The notes: generated by a model not told the origin, from the letters alone. Shown: positions 1 to 12,758, numbered from the whole stretch's first letter. The stretch: 63,158 bases of DNA, filler included, from Asterionella formosa (GCA_002256025.1; 15 parts of 15 records of this genome joined end to end with filler, not necessarily neighbours in it), one strand, 5' to 3'. Translations and numbers: made by a program.

Positions 1-622
1 TGGTCTGGGCGTCCAAAAGTGCAATGAAACCATTCCTGCTCTGATCGAACTGTAAAGTAATCGACTTGATCTGTTTTAGAAGCCAAAAACAATCGTTGTT
101 GGCAGTCTTGTCCTTGTAGTCATCGTGTGTTTTGACCTTTGCCTTCATGTCATCGCTACACTGGCCCCAAATCACCGCATACACTGTTGCTAGGTTGCTC
201 TTCAGGGTATGATTGCGCTTGACATACGTTTTTACTTCTTCTGCGAAAATCATTTTCATGGTCAGTCCTGCATCGTCATCTAGGTCATCTGGCATGTCTA
301 CCATGGGAACCGCCATGGTGTCGGCAAACAAAGGGGCAAGGTCTTCAGAGTACTTCAGTGTTTTCCTCACATATCCGTCTAGAGCTTCTAACGTTTTGGC
401 GTACTGGCGTCTGTCACTTTGTTCTTCATAGCATTCGAATACGTTTCCGTTCATGCCCTCTGTGCTGCCCTTAAAAATGCCACGGTTGTTGCTTGTTGCT
501 TGTGTCCTTGCCCGGCCGCCACAGCTCCCGCGCGGACGGTTGTCCCTTCGCCCTCTCCCACCGGTGCTGCCGTGTCCACTCGCTAAGCTGCCGCTTGTCG
601 TTGCGTCTGGGGTGGCGCTCAT
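1..622 (-). mobile_element. Ty1/Copia (CoDi-type) retrotransposon Gag ORF, N-terminal part, runs off the window edge
   Basis: Manual minus-strand translation from ATG at 622 is open to position 1: MSATPDATTSG...FKGSTEGMNGNVFECYEEQ...YAVIWGQCSDDMKAKVK...NDCFWLLKQIKSITLQFD. This resembles diatom Copia Gag proteins. Confidence 0.75.
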
Positions 623-831
623 GGGGTTCGTTGGTTCCTTGATTGGTGGCTGCGGCCTTCAGCTGCGCTACTCGAATCTATAAAGTGTTCAAAACCTCGG
701 TTGAAATGTCGAAACTCCAGCCTTCCATGTGAATGGCTGTTCCTTTTGTTTTATTTTATTTTAATTTTATCTCGAAACAATGTTGTAACAACTACCGTAT
801 TCGACCGTATCATAGGCCTTGAACCTAGTAC

Positions 832-1138
832 TGTGTTAATCGAATACAGTTGATGAAATTGATAGCAACGAGGAAGTTGTCAAACTTAAACTTTCACTTT
901 ACTAACTGGATTGTTTCGAGATAATGGTCTCGAAACACTCTTATTACCGGTACTCACATTGCATTTTAACATTTTTTCCTGACCTCTGATTGCTTTTCCT
1001 TGCGTTGTGCCTTTTACCACGTCAGCCCAGGTAAATCTTGGTAGCAGCTGTACGGTTTTAACTGTAGTACTGTTCTCTCTCGTGTCCACTATACCCTTCA
1101 CGCCTGTCCTGTGGCAGTCAGCTCGGATTTTTCCAACA
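832..1138 (-). repeat. Putative 5' LTR of the Copia element at 1-622
   Basis: On the minus strand it starts TGTTGG at 1138, directly upstream of the gag ORF. The inner CA end is uncertain (about 832-852), and no second LTR is present to confirm it. Confidence 0.4.
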
Positions 1139-1890
1139 GGTGGTACCTGGTACCAGGTACCATTATGAATCGGTAGTTGATACCGGAATGCATACAGGGA
1201 TGCAAGATGTATGTACCACGTCGTTCTCCTATGTGTGATGCATCCGATATTTGCCACTACAGTGCACTTCTGTACATTCATAGCGGTAGAGAAATGCATT
1301 TAAACTAGGAGATTTCTGGAATAAGGAGTCTTGAAACTCAAAATTGCGATTGGGGGGAAAAAAGCCCAATCCAAAACCCCCTAATCGTAGCAAGGTTCGG
1401 AAACTGGTTTTTTCATAAAATTATTCTTTAAAAGTAGATTTCGATAATAATGAACTTTATTAGCCAGCGCGAAACCGTTAGAATTTTCTAATGTCTAATA
1501 TGAGTGCTTGCCGGCGCCGCGTTCCATTTTCGGCAAAATGACCGCAACTTGCTGGTACCAGGTACTCGAGTACCTCCTTTCATAGTGGTACCAATACCCG
1601 GTATCCATTATGTGCATGTATGAATATTCTTTGAATTCCCGTATATACATATAGCTTCAACCACTCTTGTATACCTGGTATCGGCATACTAGTACATGCC
1701 GCTACCACTCTGGGCAGATCTATTTTGTAATCACTCCATAGATTCGAAAGCAGCAAGCAAAATCATTCTCCGCAGTCTCATTTTGTCGTCCTTCGTTTCT
1801 TCTCGCTCCATCCTCATATCGGGAAGCAGACGCGATAGATGCAAATAAGCAAAAAGACAGGAGGAACAGCAACTCTCAACGCACGCAAAG

Positions 1891-3111
1891 ATGGATTTTA
1901 ACACTCTTTTGTCCAACGTGCAACGCACTGCACGCGCATCACAAAGGAATGGCCGAGATAGTGAGCGTCATGAGGTGTCAACTCCTACTGGTAGCCAATC
2001 GCAACAGCATTCGAGGCATCGGCCACCAAACAATAACAACAACAACCAGCAATCTCGCAAGAGGCATCGACACACTTTTCGCGGGCAGACATTCAATTTT
2101 CACGAGATGCGACGTGCTATCGCCACCTTGCAGCGCCAGCCAATGTCACCAGCTCTACCTTCGGGAAAGGATGATGACCAACCTTTTCACCTTGCTCTAT
2201 TATTCGTGACCATTGATGAACTACCATACGAGCATATCTGGAAAGAATGGGCCAGTCAAGCAAATGATGCGAACCTTGTCCAAATCTCGGTTATTGTTCA
2301 TTCAAAGTATCCAAACAAAATCAAGTCATCTTGGCTAAAATCCAAGCATCTTATCCAGCCACCACAGCAGGGAAGAGGAACAGAATATTCTTCTCCGAGG
2401 TACCATACGCGATCTCCTGAATGGGGATCGATTGAAATTACAAGAGCCATGCTGGATTTGATTCACGAGGGCCTCCATGTGGGCGTTACTGGTCGGAATG
2501 ACGATTTCAGATTTAGTACTGATCGGTATACTTTAGGTGGGCCACCGACTCAACATGTCGATGCATTTGCTTTTGTCAGTGAGTCGTGCCTCCCGGTGGT
2601 CCCCTTGAAAGAGTTTTGTGCCAATGTTAGAGCAAATAGGTCTTGGGTCAATTTCCGGAACGCTCCAAACAATGGCTTTTCTCGTCAACTTCAATTCGAC
2701 GAAATTGATCCATGTATTACTGATTGTCACAAACACAAGGCGGATCAGTGGTGTTTGCTTTCTCATCGTCATGCTACCATTCTCATGGACATGGACCAAC
2801 ACTTGCCTGTGCCATTGTGGCTTTGTTTCTTGGACACCAAGGCCAGTGATGAATTGTATATTGCAACATCTCTGAGTCTGTCCGGAATCCTTAGTGAAGT
2901 GGAACAGAAACGACTAACATATTGCGATTGGAGTGAATCTGCAAAGAACCCGGCCACATTTAGCAATGGTAAAGAGGACTTGAAGAGAATTGTAATGTTG
3001 AGTCTTAATGAAGGGTGTTTGTTCGCCCGCAAATTCGCAACATCTTCACCTCTATGTAAGGAACGAACAGGCGATATTACTGTGGAAGATTGGAAGGAAA
3101 TTGTAATGTGA
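1891..3111 (+). CDS. Core-2/I-branching beta-1,6-N-acetylglucosaminyltransferase-like (GT14/DUF266 'Branch' family) protein
   Basis: 406-aa ORF with Branch-family motifs in the expected order: LALLFVT..LPYEHIW, WGSIEITRAM, FVSESCLPV, KADQWCLL, SDELYIAT, LTYCDWS, LFARKF. Confidence 0.85.
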   Translation: MDFNTLLSNVQRTARASQRNGRDSERHEVSTPTGSQSQQHSRHRPPNNNNNNQQSRKRHRHTFRGQTFNFHEMRRAIATLQRQPMSPALPSGKDDDQPFHLALLFVTIDELPYEHIWKEWASQANDANLVQISVIVHSKYPNKIKSSWLKSKHLIQPPQQGRGTEYSSPRYHTRSPEWGSIEITRAMLDLIHEGLHVGVTGRNDDFRFSTDRYTLGGPPTQHVDAFAFVSESCLPVVPLKEFCANVRANRSWVNFRNAPNNGFSRQLQFDEIDPCITDCHKHKADQWCLLSHRHATILMDMDQHLPVPLWLCFLDTKASDELYIATSLSLSGILSEVEQKRLTYCDWSESAKNPATFSNGKEDLKRIVMLSLNEGCLFARKFATSSPLCKERTGDITVEDWKEIVM

Positions 3112-3342
3112 GTCAGCAAACATTTGTTACCTCTTCGTATTTCTGGATGTCTGTAGTTACTATTATTTCCTGTTGAAGATGGACACAATTCAACTTTGCA
3201 AGGCATCACATATGAAATGCATTTGTAATGTGAGTCAGCAAGCATTTGTTACCTCTTCGTATTTCTGGATGTCTGCAGTTACTACTATTTCCTGTTGAAG
3301 ATGGACACAATTCAACTTTGCAAGGCATAACATGTGAAATGC
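3101..3342. repeat. Two-copy 122-bp tandem duplication overlapping the stop codon of the glycosyltransferase ORF
   Basis: TTGTAATGTGAGTCAGCAA...GCAAGGCAT..CAT.TGAAATGCA occurs at 3101 and again at 3223. Confidence 0.9.
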
Positions 3343-4780
3343 AGTATCATCTACTAGACTGGCAATCACCCCAGGTATGAAGCAACAAAGCAACAGCCCT
3401 GCACATTCCAGAACAACAATTGATTTGAAGAGTTCAGAGTTCCAAAAATGACTAGCAAGAAATGAAACTACCAATGTTGTGAAATACATCCATCATTGAA
3501 GTGTGCTGTCTTTTGTATGATGACAATCCTCATAGCTATAGCACCTGGTTATACAGTGTTGAGTATCTTGATCCATGATGTATCTTTTCAATATGGCTTT
3601 ATCTGTTACTCCAACTAGTCCTTTGGTCCAGGTAGTTTGTTTATGCACATATCTCAAAACATAATCTGTGCTCATAATAAGGAGGCCGCCGCTAATAGTG
3701 GACCAAAACGCCAACCAATACCTGGTAGGAACATAACATGGCTACTGTGAAACTGTACCTATTTCTATGCTAGTACTGTGAAACTGTAGGTTTGTCCTAC
3801 CAGCATTCCCTTCTTCCCCTTGTTTCAATCCCCGGTAGGAACATGACATGGCTACTGTGAAACTGTACCTATCACTACGCCGGTAGATAAACTATTGCAT
3901 TTCATACCATGTAAACATAGATGTTGCATTTATGACTATATTTAACCCCCTACTCAAGATTCCATAGAACTATGAACCACGACAATTAGTGCTTACATGA
4001 AGCTCACTACAAATTGACGTGGAGGATTTTCTTGCATCTTGAAATGTTGTACCCTCTCCGAGAATACTGTCGCTCAAGTTTTCTCATCTATTTCTACAAA
4101 ACATAGAAAACCTTGCTTTATCTAGTCAAAGTTATCAAGCTAATCACCGCAGACTCAAAACTGTCGCTACTTTGGTCATAACTTCAAAACTGAGCAAATG
4201 ATGACCAGAGATAACTTCCAGCGCCGATTTTAACTTTTTGTTCTTGTCAATACTAGTGCAAAAAATTTTATTATGCAACGATCATCTCGTCTATGTTAGT
4301 CTACATACACGTGCGAAATAGAAATTGTTCATTGTCAATATTCGTGAAGATATTCAACTCCATAATTTCGTCATGGTCAAGATGGAGTTGCTGTCTCATC
4401 GACCCAATACCACAGGCAGCTTTACAAACACACATGCAAGTACTGGTAGTACAGAACCAGTAGTATGTACACCCAAACATATATACCGGTAATATGTAAT
4501 GCTATATATGGAATGTACAAAGTATATACAAGGTCTGTTGCATTTATGATGTGTTCCATGTCGAAAACGTAAGTACATCTGATACATAATGCATCCGATT
4601 TCTTGACAAAATGTACAGTAGTACAAATATATTTTTATTTTTCGATTTTCAATATACTAAGTAAAAAGAGTCATTGAAACTTAGTTAGAAAAGTTTCTAT
4701 CATTGATAAAAATTATTACTGATTTGCTACAAATTTAGTCAAAAAAAGTAATCCCACTTTTATGCAAAAAGTGTAATGGA

Positions 4781-6049
4781 CCTTCCTTCTCAATCAATGA
4801 TAAAATGAAAACCGCAATTATGAATTGTGACTTCGGTTACTAATATTTTACGCTGTACTACTGAAACTTGAATCCATCAATGGACACCATTCAACTTGTG
4901 CTTCTTGCATTTTTGCAGTTATAGACTGGTGTGGTCTGCAATAGGCCAAAATGTCTGGCTTTTCATGAAACCTACAAAGTAGTGAGTACGTGCCTTGTGT
5001 GAGTTTTGTATCTAAAGCCAGCTGCTGCCGGTACCATTGAACCATTACATCAAATAATGCGCTCCTGTCGTCAAGGCCCAACTTACTACTATCATACTAG
5101 TACAATGACAAAGGAAATCTGATGAGAAATGAAAATTACGAAACCAGAATCACTCTGTCACTATACATAGGCAGTCTCTTGCTTCGTCGTTCATATCACC
5201 TGCTATGCTGTGGTTTCAATTCTAGATGTATTATGTTCTAATTAGAGATGTTACATAGAACTAGATTGTGCTGTTCTATGCCGGTACCATTGAACCATTA
5301 CATCAAATAATACGCTCCTGTCGTCAAGGCCCAACTTACTACTATCATACTAGTACAATGACAAAGGAAATCTGATGAGAAATGAAAATTACGAAACCAG
5401 AATCACTCTGTCACTATACATAGGCAGTCTCTTGCTTCGTCGTTCATATCACCTGCTATGCTGTGGTTTCAATTCTAGATGTATTATGTTCTAATTAGAG
5501 GTGTTAAATAGACTAGATTGTGTTGTTCTATATATAATACTATATAGATGATAAGATTGGGTTTGTAACACTGATCGATGCTCCGGGGGTGACAGTCCGG
5601 AAATATTCGTGTTGTGTTATGAGCCATTTCGTTTTCATTGGATTTTTTCAATGTCTTAACAACGGATTTTACATAAGACATACTGTGTGCACTGTAAATG
5701 ATGATTAATCAAAGACATATATGATGACTTGGAACAACAAATGAAGATTTTGTCACAGACAATTATTCCTCTCGACATGGCTGTTTTGTCGTTGTTGCAA
5801 GAATCGGAGTGAGGACTGGTGACAAGGATGATCATGAACAAAAACCACATAACTACTTTAGCTGGTACATATCATCCTACAAGGAAATTTAATTACAGGA
5901 TCTTAATAGAAACAGTACATTTATAATAATTGAATAGTATATATATAGAGTCAAAGGGCTAATTTAATTGCGATGGCATTTATCATCCTTATTAGATGAG
6001 CAATATATCAAAATTTTCATATGAATATGATGGTTTTTATTTGCAGACG
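4781..6049 (+). mobile_element. Dispersed non-coding repeat family A, copy with conserved terminus (...ATGATGGTTTTTATTTGCAGACG) and an internal 253-bp tandem duplication (5028/5281)
   Basis: Colinear with 59310-60255 and, inverted, with 11093-11490. The terminus recurs at 21905, 14051 and 48353. Confidence 0.8.
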
Positions 6050-6060
6050 TGTCAGCCAAG

Positions 6061-6680
6061 CCTCTCATGACTGCTGCCCTAAGAATACCACTTGGTTAGT
6101 TCCAAGTCAATGAATGGAACCTGATGCCGGGGTTGAAGTGGTGATCAAGGCAGTGGATAACTATCAAATCTTCTACTACCAACGGTCTGTGATGATGAGC
6201 AATTACACTAAAAGAACTACTGCAAATGGTCTTAAAAGGATTTACAACTAAAGAGTCAATTTTGTTTGAATGGCCAAAAAGCCAGAACGGCGCAAAAAAT
6301 CAAACCATGGATGCCTTCAAAATTACACATCAAAGAACCGGTTTTTTATCAGTTCTCATACTGTGTACCCTGCTTCTTGATCTCAGCCCGAAATCTGATA
6401 TGAGATTGAAAAAAGATGACTGCCTGTGACTGAAAATTTATACATGGTTGCTTCATCAAGAAAAACCGAGCAAAAACATTTGAAGACTTTCCATGGTGGA
6501 ACATCAATGGCGCCAATCCAACACTAATTTGACAGTCATGAGCACTGTAATCCGGAATGGTGTCTTGCAAAAGCAAATAAAAATTTCAGAAACAGGTAAA
6601 ACATCAGAACTTTGATGACAACAAAGAAAGGTTGGCAAAAGTGGCTGTGGAAGGTGAGAAACTCAAAGAATCATTACATC
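6061..6680 (+). pseudogene. Degraded Mutator-like transposase fragment
   Basis: Frameshifted CPKN...SSK.MEPDAGVEVVIKAVDNYQIFY...VCDD...KWS...FEWPK, homologous to the ORF at 49498-50097. Confidence 0.7.
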
Positions 6681-7779
6681 GCCCATTTCATACACCGTAA
6701 ACCTCTTGCTTAATATCTCCACAGATATAAGAACTCCGTATGGACCCTCTGCATCAAAAGTTGCTCCACATTGGGGGTTCAGCCAATCATAATATCTCCA
6801 CTTGTAGGTAGCATTTTTACATGTGTGATTGGCGCTGTAGGTTTGTATTGTGACGTAACACAATACATGCATATGACCTGCCTGGTACCTGGTAGTACCA
6901 GGTACCATGTTTCTGCCTCACGATCAACCCGCTATCATGCATGCATCTGTTTTGTTTTAATACCGGTACTGTTGCCAGTAGTAGGAATACGGTATTGGAT
7001 GTTATTAAATCCGTCATGTGCAAACCAGTGATTCAAGAACTGGTCAATGTTGAAACAACAGGAGATGCCATGACCAATCTATACAATTTCCTTCCCCCAA
7101 CAGTCTATAATCAAGAAGACCAGTTGCAACTGCTGTCACAATCTGACTCGCAAATCAACTTAAAATCGACAATCGTTGAAACTGTCATACCAACTTTCAA
7201 ACAATCAATTCTGTATGTGTATGTCGATTCACGTAATGCGTTTGTCAAAACAAAAAAAAAATAAGCAAAAACTCCGTATGGAATCCTTTGCCAAAATGAC
7301 ACGCTTTGATGCTACTGCAACACTAGCAGCCATGGACTTGTCAAAGAACACAGTATAGAACCTAATCATCTCTCTAAACTAATCAACGACAAAATTATTA
7401 AAGCAACACTGTCGATGAAAAAAGAGATTGATAAACTAAGGGGCTATCAAGAAACAACTCAAGAACTGCCACAACAACTCAAAAACCTCGAAAGAAAACC
7501 ATGATAGACAAAACCAACAAGACGACTTCCAAAAAGAAATCCAAACAAAACGCCTCACTAAAAAGGAAAAAACCAAAAAACTGTCGACCCAAACAAAAGC
7601 AAAGCCGACGCTACAGACTCAAATACCTCAACAGACAACAAAAAATCAATCAAAAAATTATATTAAAGAAGAAGAAGAAATAGCCGACAAGAAACATCTT
7701 CAATGTATTAACTTCATTAAAACCTAATTTGTCGAAACTTGGGATTCATTCTTAGCAAACCAGACAAATCCATCTCTTA

Positions 7780-8340
7780 TACTGTATACGGAATTACTTC
7801 TATCATGTTACCACAATAGTGCAGCGGAAACTGAATATGCTCATGAGTGTTTAGGATCATTTGATCATATTTTTAAGATTAATTAATCCTGATTCTTGAA
7901 AATAAAATTTGATCTTTCATTTTCTCATCAACGACACCTGTATCATATGATCTATAGGATAAACAAATAAAAATTTATTGATTAAAGATCATAGTTTATA
8001 CCGGAGTAGTTGCTCATGCATGCAACCCCTTCCCCCTGGTATATATAGTGTGGAACTGATAACCCCCAAGCTACCAAATTTTTATGTCTTGTAAATTATT
8101 GCAGCATGCGTGCATACATGACACTCCCTACTGGTATACAATGCAGAAATGATGACCACCTGACTACCAATCCTTCCTGTAGAATTATCGCAACATTGGT
8201 TGCATATCTAATGAAAGGGCGGGAGGAGTCATCCATGCTGCACCGCCTGTATAGTATGAAATATGGACATGATCAAATATAGTCTACACCGGAGCAGTAC
8301 TAGACATATTGACCAAAATTCATATGGCCTGACCGGTTAG
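7780..8340. repeat. Repeat family A segment (inverted match to 61110-61708)
   Basis: Shared blocks such as CACAATAGTGCAGCGGAAACTGAATATGCTCATG, TTATACCGGAGTAGTTGCTCATGCATGCAACCCC and TAGACATATTGACCAAAATTCATATGGCC appear reverse-complemented at 61110-61708. Confidence 0.8.
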
Positions 8341-8389
8341 CTAGTACTACCAAACCTCTTCAAACAATACCCTCATGGCTGTACTTCTC

Positions 8390-9600
8390 CCAACCAAGTA
8401 ACGTTGCATATCACACAATCTTACAACCTCTCCGCCCAGAAACAGCACCAATCAGCACTAAATCTCTTCTTGGCCTAGGTCTTAATTTTTTGCACAACGC
8501 CAAAATATTCACGAAACTGCCAAGATGTTGATCTCGAAAGATTTAACAGGGTTCAACGAAATTTTTCTTTGCAGGCTCCGACCCAGCCCCTGACAAAACT
8601 TTTCATTCATTCCAACTGGTCACATACTGAGATCCCAGCTGAATTCTGCGTAAGAATCAAATACATTAAAACGCGCACTCCCAACAATCTTTGAAAAGAA
8701 ACACCATCGACCTAACCTCCTGCTACTACCTTCACAGCAGACAGCACTTGTGACACTTAAAAACAACGAAAAACTCATCGTCTTCCGTTGCGATAAAAAC
8801 CTTGGTCCCGCCATCATCAAATGATCTCAATATTATTAACATGGCTCTCACCGAACACCTCTTAAATAAAGAAACTTATTGACAACTTTCTGAAAGACAA
8901 GCTGAAGGAAGAATAAAAGCAATCACTAAAAATGATTACAAATTTCACCCTAAAATACTTCAAACCTAAGAAATGACATCGACATTCTTAAAACAATCCT
9001 TACAAACAAAAGAACCATTTGCCTATTTCTACATACTGGCAAAAATACATAGACACCACTAACCACCCGACCCATTGTTGTCAGTGTCAGTGGAAGCCTC
9101 TGCTTAGGTAAATGGACTGATGTCCTTCAAAAAATAATTCGACATCTTCCATTCACCCTCTCAAGCTCCACCCGACCCATTGTTGTCAGTGTCAGTGGAA
9201 GCCTCTGCTTAGGTAAATGGACTGATGTTACCCTTCAAAAAATAATTCGACATCTTCCATTCACCCTCTCAAGCTCTTTGGAGCTCGTCCATGATTATAC
9301 ACCATTGAGAAAGTTTCTCGAACCACAACCCTATTTCACTATGGATGCCATCTCTATGTACACTAACATCGCAACATGCCATGCACTATCCGTCATAAAT
9401 AAATTTCTATGAATCAACAGAATAAATGCACTCGAAATCATCATGTGACACAATATCTTCAAATTTGGCGTTACATACTGGTCCAGACATCTGGGACGGT
9501 CCACTGCTATGGGAACACCCCCTGCACCAACAACATATGCAAACCTTTACTTCGCAATCCATGAAATACAAGTTATCCCACAATTTCAACAAATTTCCCA
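8390..9600 (+). mobile_element. Degraded Penelope-like retroelement reverse transcriptase
   Basis: Frameshifted RT motifs in order: SLLGLGLNF (8463), CDKNLGPAII (8788), FYILAKIH..PLTTRPIV (9027), LFTMDAISMYTNI (9331), [19 protein letters not shown] (9503). It is truncated before the YxDD motif. The A-rich broken ORF at about 6990-7740 may be its 5' part. Confidence 0.75.
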
Positions 9601-10450
9601 TTGGAAGAGCTGTGAAGTGGCTATAGCCTTTGTGGCACTGCGTATCTGAGGTTGTTGACCAGTTGCAGACAGTTGTTTCTCACCACTAACATTCCCATAT
9701 TTTGCTTGAGACATATTTATTGGATCCTACCTCATCCACAAACAAGAGCTTGTCTGGTCATATCAGGTCGTATTTTGTTCTAACCCCAAAGCTTCATGTG
9801 CATGATCTATAACAACTAATCCTTCCTTGCTGAGCTTGACTTTTTTGCGTTCAGCTTCATGGCAATCACTCCCCCTCACCAGCTCTTCATAAACTTCATT
9901 GTACATCGTTTCGAAATTTTGGAAGATGCAACAATCAGCTCTTGGATTCAAATTTCACTGCCTTCTTGCTTGTCACAACGTGTTTGTTTCTTTTTGAGAA
10001 TAGGGCCAGTAAGTATCCCCAAGTCCAAGTTGGCAGTTTCGATGGATTTGGTAATGTTTATCATGTTGTGTGCTTCTCTTTTACTATGCAATTAATTTGT
10101 CTTATGTGTACAGGTGACCCTTCAAAAATAATTGAGTTGGCAAGTTGAAAGGCCGGAGCAACAGTGATTGGGATGCGCATTTTAGCAAGTTTATATATTG
10201 CACCAAGTAAGGTTCAACTTCACGAGCATACGTGATCAGGTTTCTCATGTTTCAAGGAGGTGTGGCAAAAGAAGTATTTCTCCTTCACATGTCTTCTGGA
10301 CTGTGAGTAAGGAACAATGACATCATATGCAGTCCGGTGGACAAAGGTGCAACTTGGTTTTTTTTCTGTTTGTAAACTTGGATTATTTTGGTAAGTTCAC
10401 CTTTTGCATGATTTTTAACAACCCTGTCTAAGTGCTGTGAGAGCCACTCA
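9600..10450 (-). mobile_element. Degraded pogo/Tc1-mariner-like DDE transposase fragment
   Basis: Minus-strand pieces ..RADCCIFQNFETMYNEVYEELV.. and PDKLLFVDEVGSN..GNVSGEK resemble the first-D region of diatom pogo-like transposases. Many frameshifts. Confidence 0.55.
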
Positions 10451-10837
10451 GCAAATTGCTCGTGCAATGTGTCGTTGTTCATAAATATGATCGGTTGTGA
10501 TAATGGCTTAGTGCTGCTGCCTGCCCTTGTGGCGGCCATAAAGGGTGGCATCATCATTGTCAGTTTTTCAGGGACATTCCCCAAATCTTTCACAGGCAAG
10601 AGTAGACAGTCGGCAACTAATTTGTCAATCCAGCGTTTATCGATTTCATATTCATTATTTGAGGTATCTCTGACTTATAGTTCACTATACACCGTATGGT
10701 ATTTCCACCAACCAAGAATCAAACAAAATTGAACCGAAGATTTGGGTAATAGACTTTATTTTTTATTCCAATCTCAGGTCTGTTTGTCGATTATACGACA
10801 AAAGTACTGATTAGTTAACGCGATCATTAAATTCAAT

Positions 10838-10965
10838 TGAAATTGCAATCTCAGGTCAATTCGTTGATTACCTACTAGTTTACTTGTGTTAATCGATGTA
10901 GTGAAATTGCAATCTCAGGTCAATTCGTTGACTACATACTAGTTTACTTGTGTTAATGGATCTAG
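10838..10965. repeat. Two-copy ~64-bp tandem duplication
   Basis: TGAAATTGCAATCTCAGGTCAATTCGTTGA.TAC.TACTAGTTTACTTGTGTTAAT occurs twice in tandem. Confidence 0.85.
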
Positions 10966-11092
10966 TACTCGTGAGTAGTGTACGCCTATACTTCACTTTC
11001 ATCTAGCTTTTTTCGTGCTCTATTTCTTGATATTTTGTAAACGTCGGAAACTCACTTTCTGCCTTACTTGATTGGAGAATAGTGTCAATTTG

Positions 11093-12515
11093 TAGTAACA
11101 GAGTGATTCTGGTTTCGTAATTTTCATGTCTCATCAGATTTTCTTTGTCATCGTACTAGTTCTTTACCTTTGACAACAGGAGCGTATTCTTTGATGTATC
11201 TGGAATGGTTCAATGGATGGCAGCAATTGGATTTAGACACAAACCTCGACAAAAGCACTAGTACTTTGTAGATGTTCATGAAAAGCCAGGCACTTTGGCC
11301 TATCGACCACCAGCCAGTCTATACTGCAAAAATGCAAGAAGCAAGCACAAGTTGAATGCCCATTTATGGATTCAAGATTCAAGTTTCAGTAGTGCAACAA
11401 TGTAAAATATTAGAAACCGGAAGTCACATTTCATCTAATTACAGTTTTCATTAGCTATACTAGTATTGATTGAGAGGAAGCAATGGTAGAATGGCTGCCA
11501 AACGGGCGGGGGCAAACACAGAGAATCCTACTAATCTTTCTCCCCAATGATCCCAGACCCTTTTTGAATGTCACTTGCTACATAAAATGGAGAACAGCCG
11601 CCATGATCTGTTGATTGTTGCTTTATGGTGCCACTGACCGAGACCTCCAGAAATCTCAATGACTTGCTTGTTTCTTGAATTGAATGCAAAAGGGATCGAA
11701 ACCAGTGGAAAAATCAACAGGGAACTAAAAATGCTCTGCAAACATCAGGAGAATTATGAAAGAGAAATGAAGGTTCTTGGGAGGAGAAGTAAAGGGATAA
11801 TTGCTCCTGGTCTTGCGGGAACAAGAATAGATCGACCCAAACTATGTTGACAAATAGTTACCTAGGGGAAAATGAAGCAATGCTTTTGGCATCATCAATC
11901 TATACACACGCCTGCGCCACCTGACATCAAATATAGCTACCTCGACTTCATCACTGAAGAAGTCAATGAGTGGTGCACGTGAGGAAAATCGGGGTTGAGG
12001 TTTTCTTGACGCCAACGTGCTTGGCTGAACTTGCAGTTGAAGGCATTGAGTGACCTGGGCCTGTGAAGCCAAACGTGCTTGGCTGAACTTGCAGTTGAAG
12101 GCATCGAGTAACCTGGGCCTGTGAAGCCAAAAGATAAAGAAAAATCTATGACAAGGGTAGTGAGATAGTGTTTAGGAGGGGGGAGCAAAAGTTATCATAT
12201 CTGAACGCATTCGAAAATTCGTATAGACAATAAATGGTGGCATAACCTTGGCTGCTCTTGGCTGACAGTTGCCCAAGTCAAGCACAAACACAACGAGGGT
12301 GGGTGCACAAAAGACTGTCCAATTTTAATCCACTGGCTGATACTTATTTGTGAGACTCTGACCATTCTGCAATGGGGTGGACTTTGATCATTGCTTCGTT
12401 CAAAGCACAATCAATTCGAATGCTGTCCAGTGAAACAGCCAATGAAAAAAAAGTGGCGAGAAAGCGCAGAACAGATCAAGAGATTCATAGGAATTAAAAT
12501 AACAGGGCATATATG
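11093..12515 (-). mobile_element. Repeat family A copy (inverted relative to 4781 and 58906; direct match to 60356-61105)
   Basis: Long colinear similarity. The same spurious ORF text (YRLMMPKALL.FP.G.YLST) appears at 11842, 58963 and 60308. Confidence 0.85.
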
Positions 12516-12758
12516 AGATAGGTACATTAATGTACAATTTCGACCATTTGAAAAATTGGTGATGACTCCCAACATTAAGGCTTAAATTAAATCAGCCACT
12601 GACTTTTGTAGGTACAAGAATTGACACAAAACAAATGAAAAAACTCAACAGGTCATGGAAAACTATGAACTCATCATATGCATTGTATATATTTGAATTA
12701 TGTATAAATCAAATTTATAGTATACACAGGATTTGCCATATAATGAGCCGAGCGTGTT

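Noticed and set aside
813..830. AGGTTCAAGGCC as PBS of the first Copia element
   Set aside because: I could not match it to a known tRNA segment, and the LTR end is undefined.
886..1299. ORFs containing WYQVP/VPGT peptides (also 6663-7031, 14691-15014, 34462-34716, 43786-44103)
   Set aside because: These are translation by-products of the GGTACCW palindrome arrays, not a protein family.
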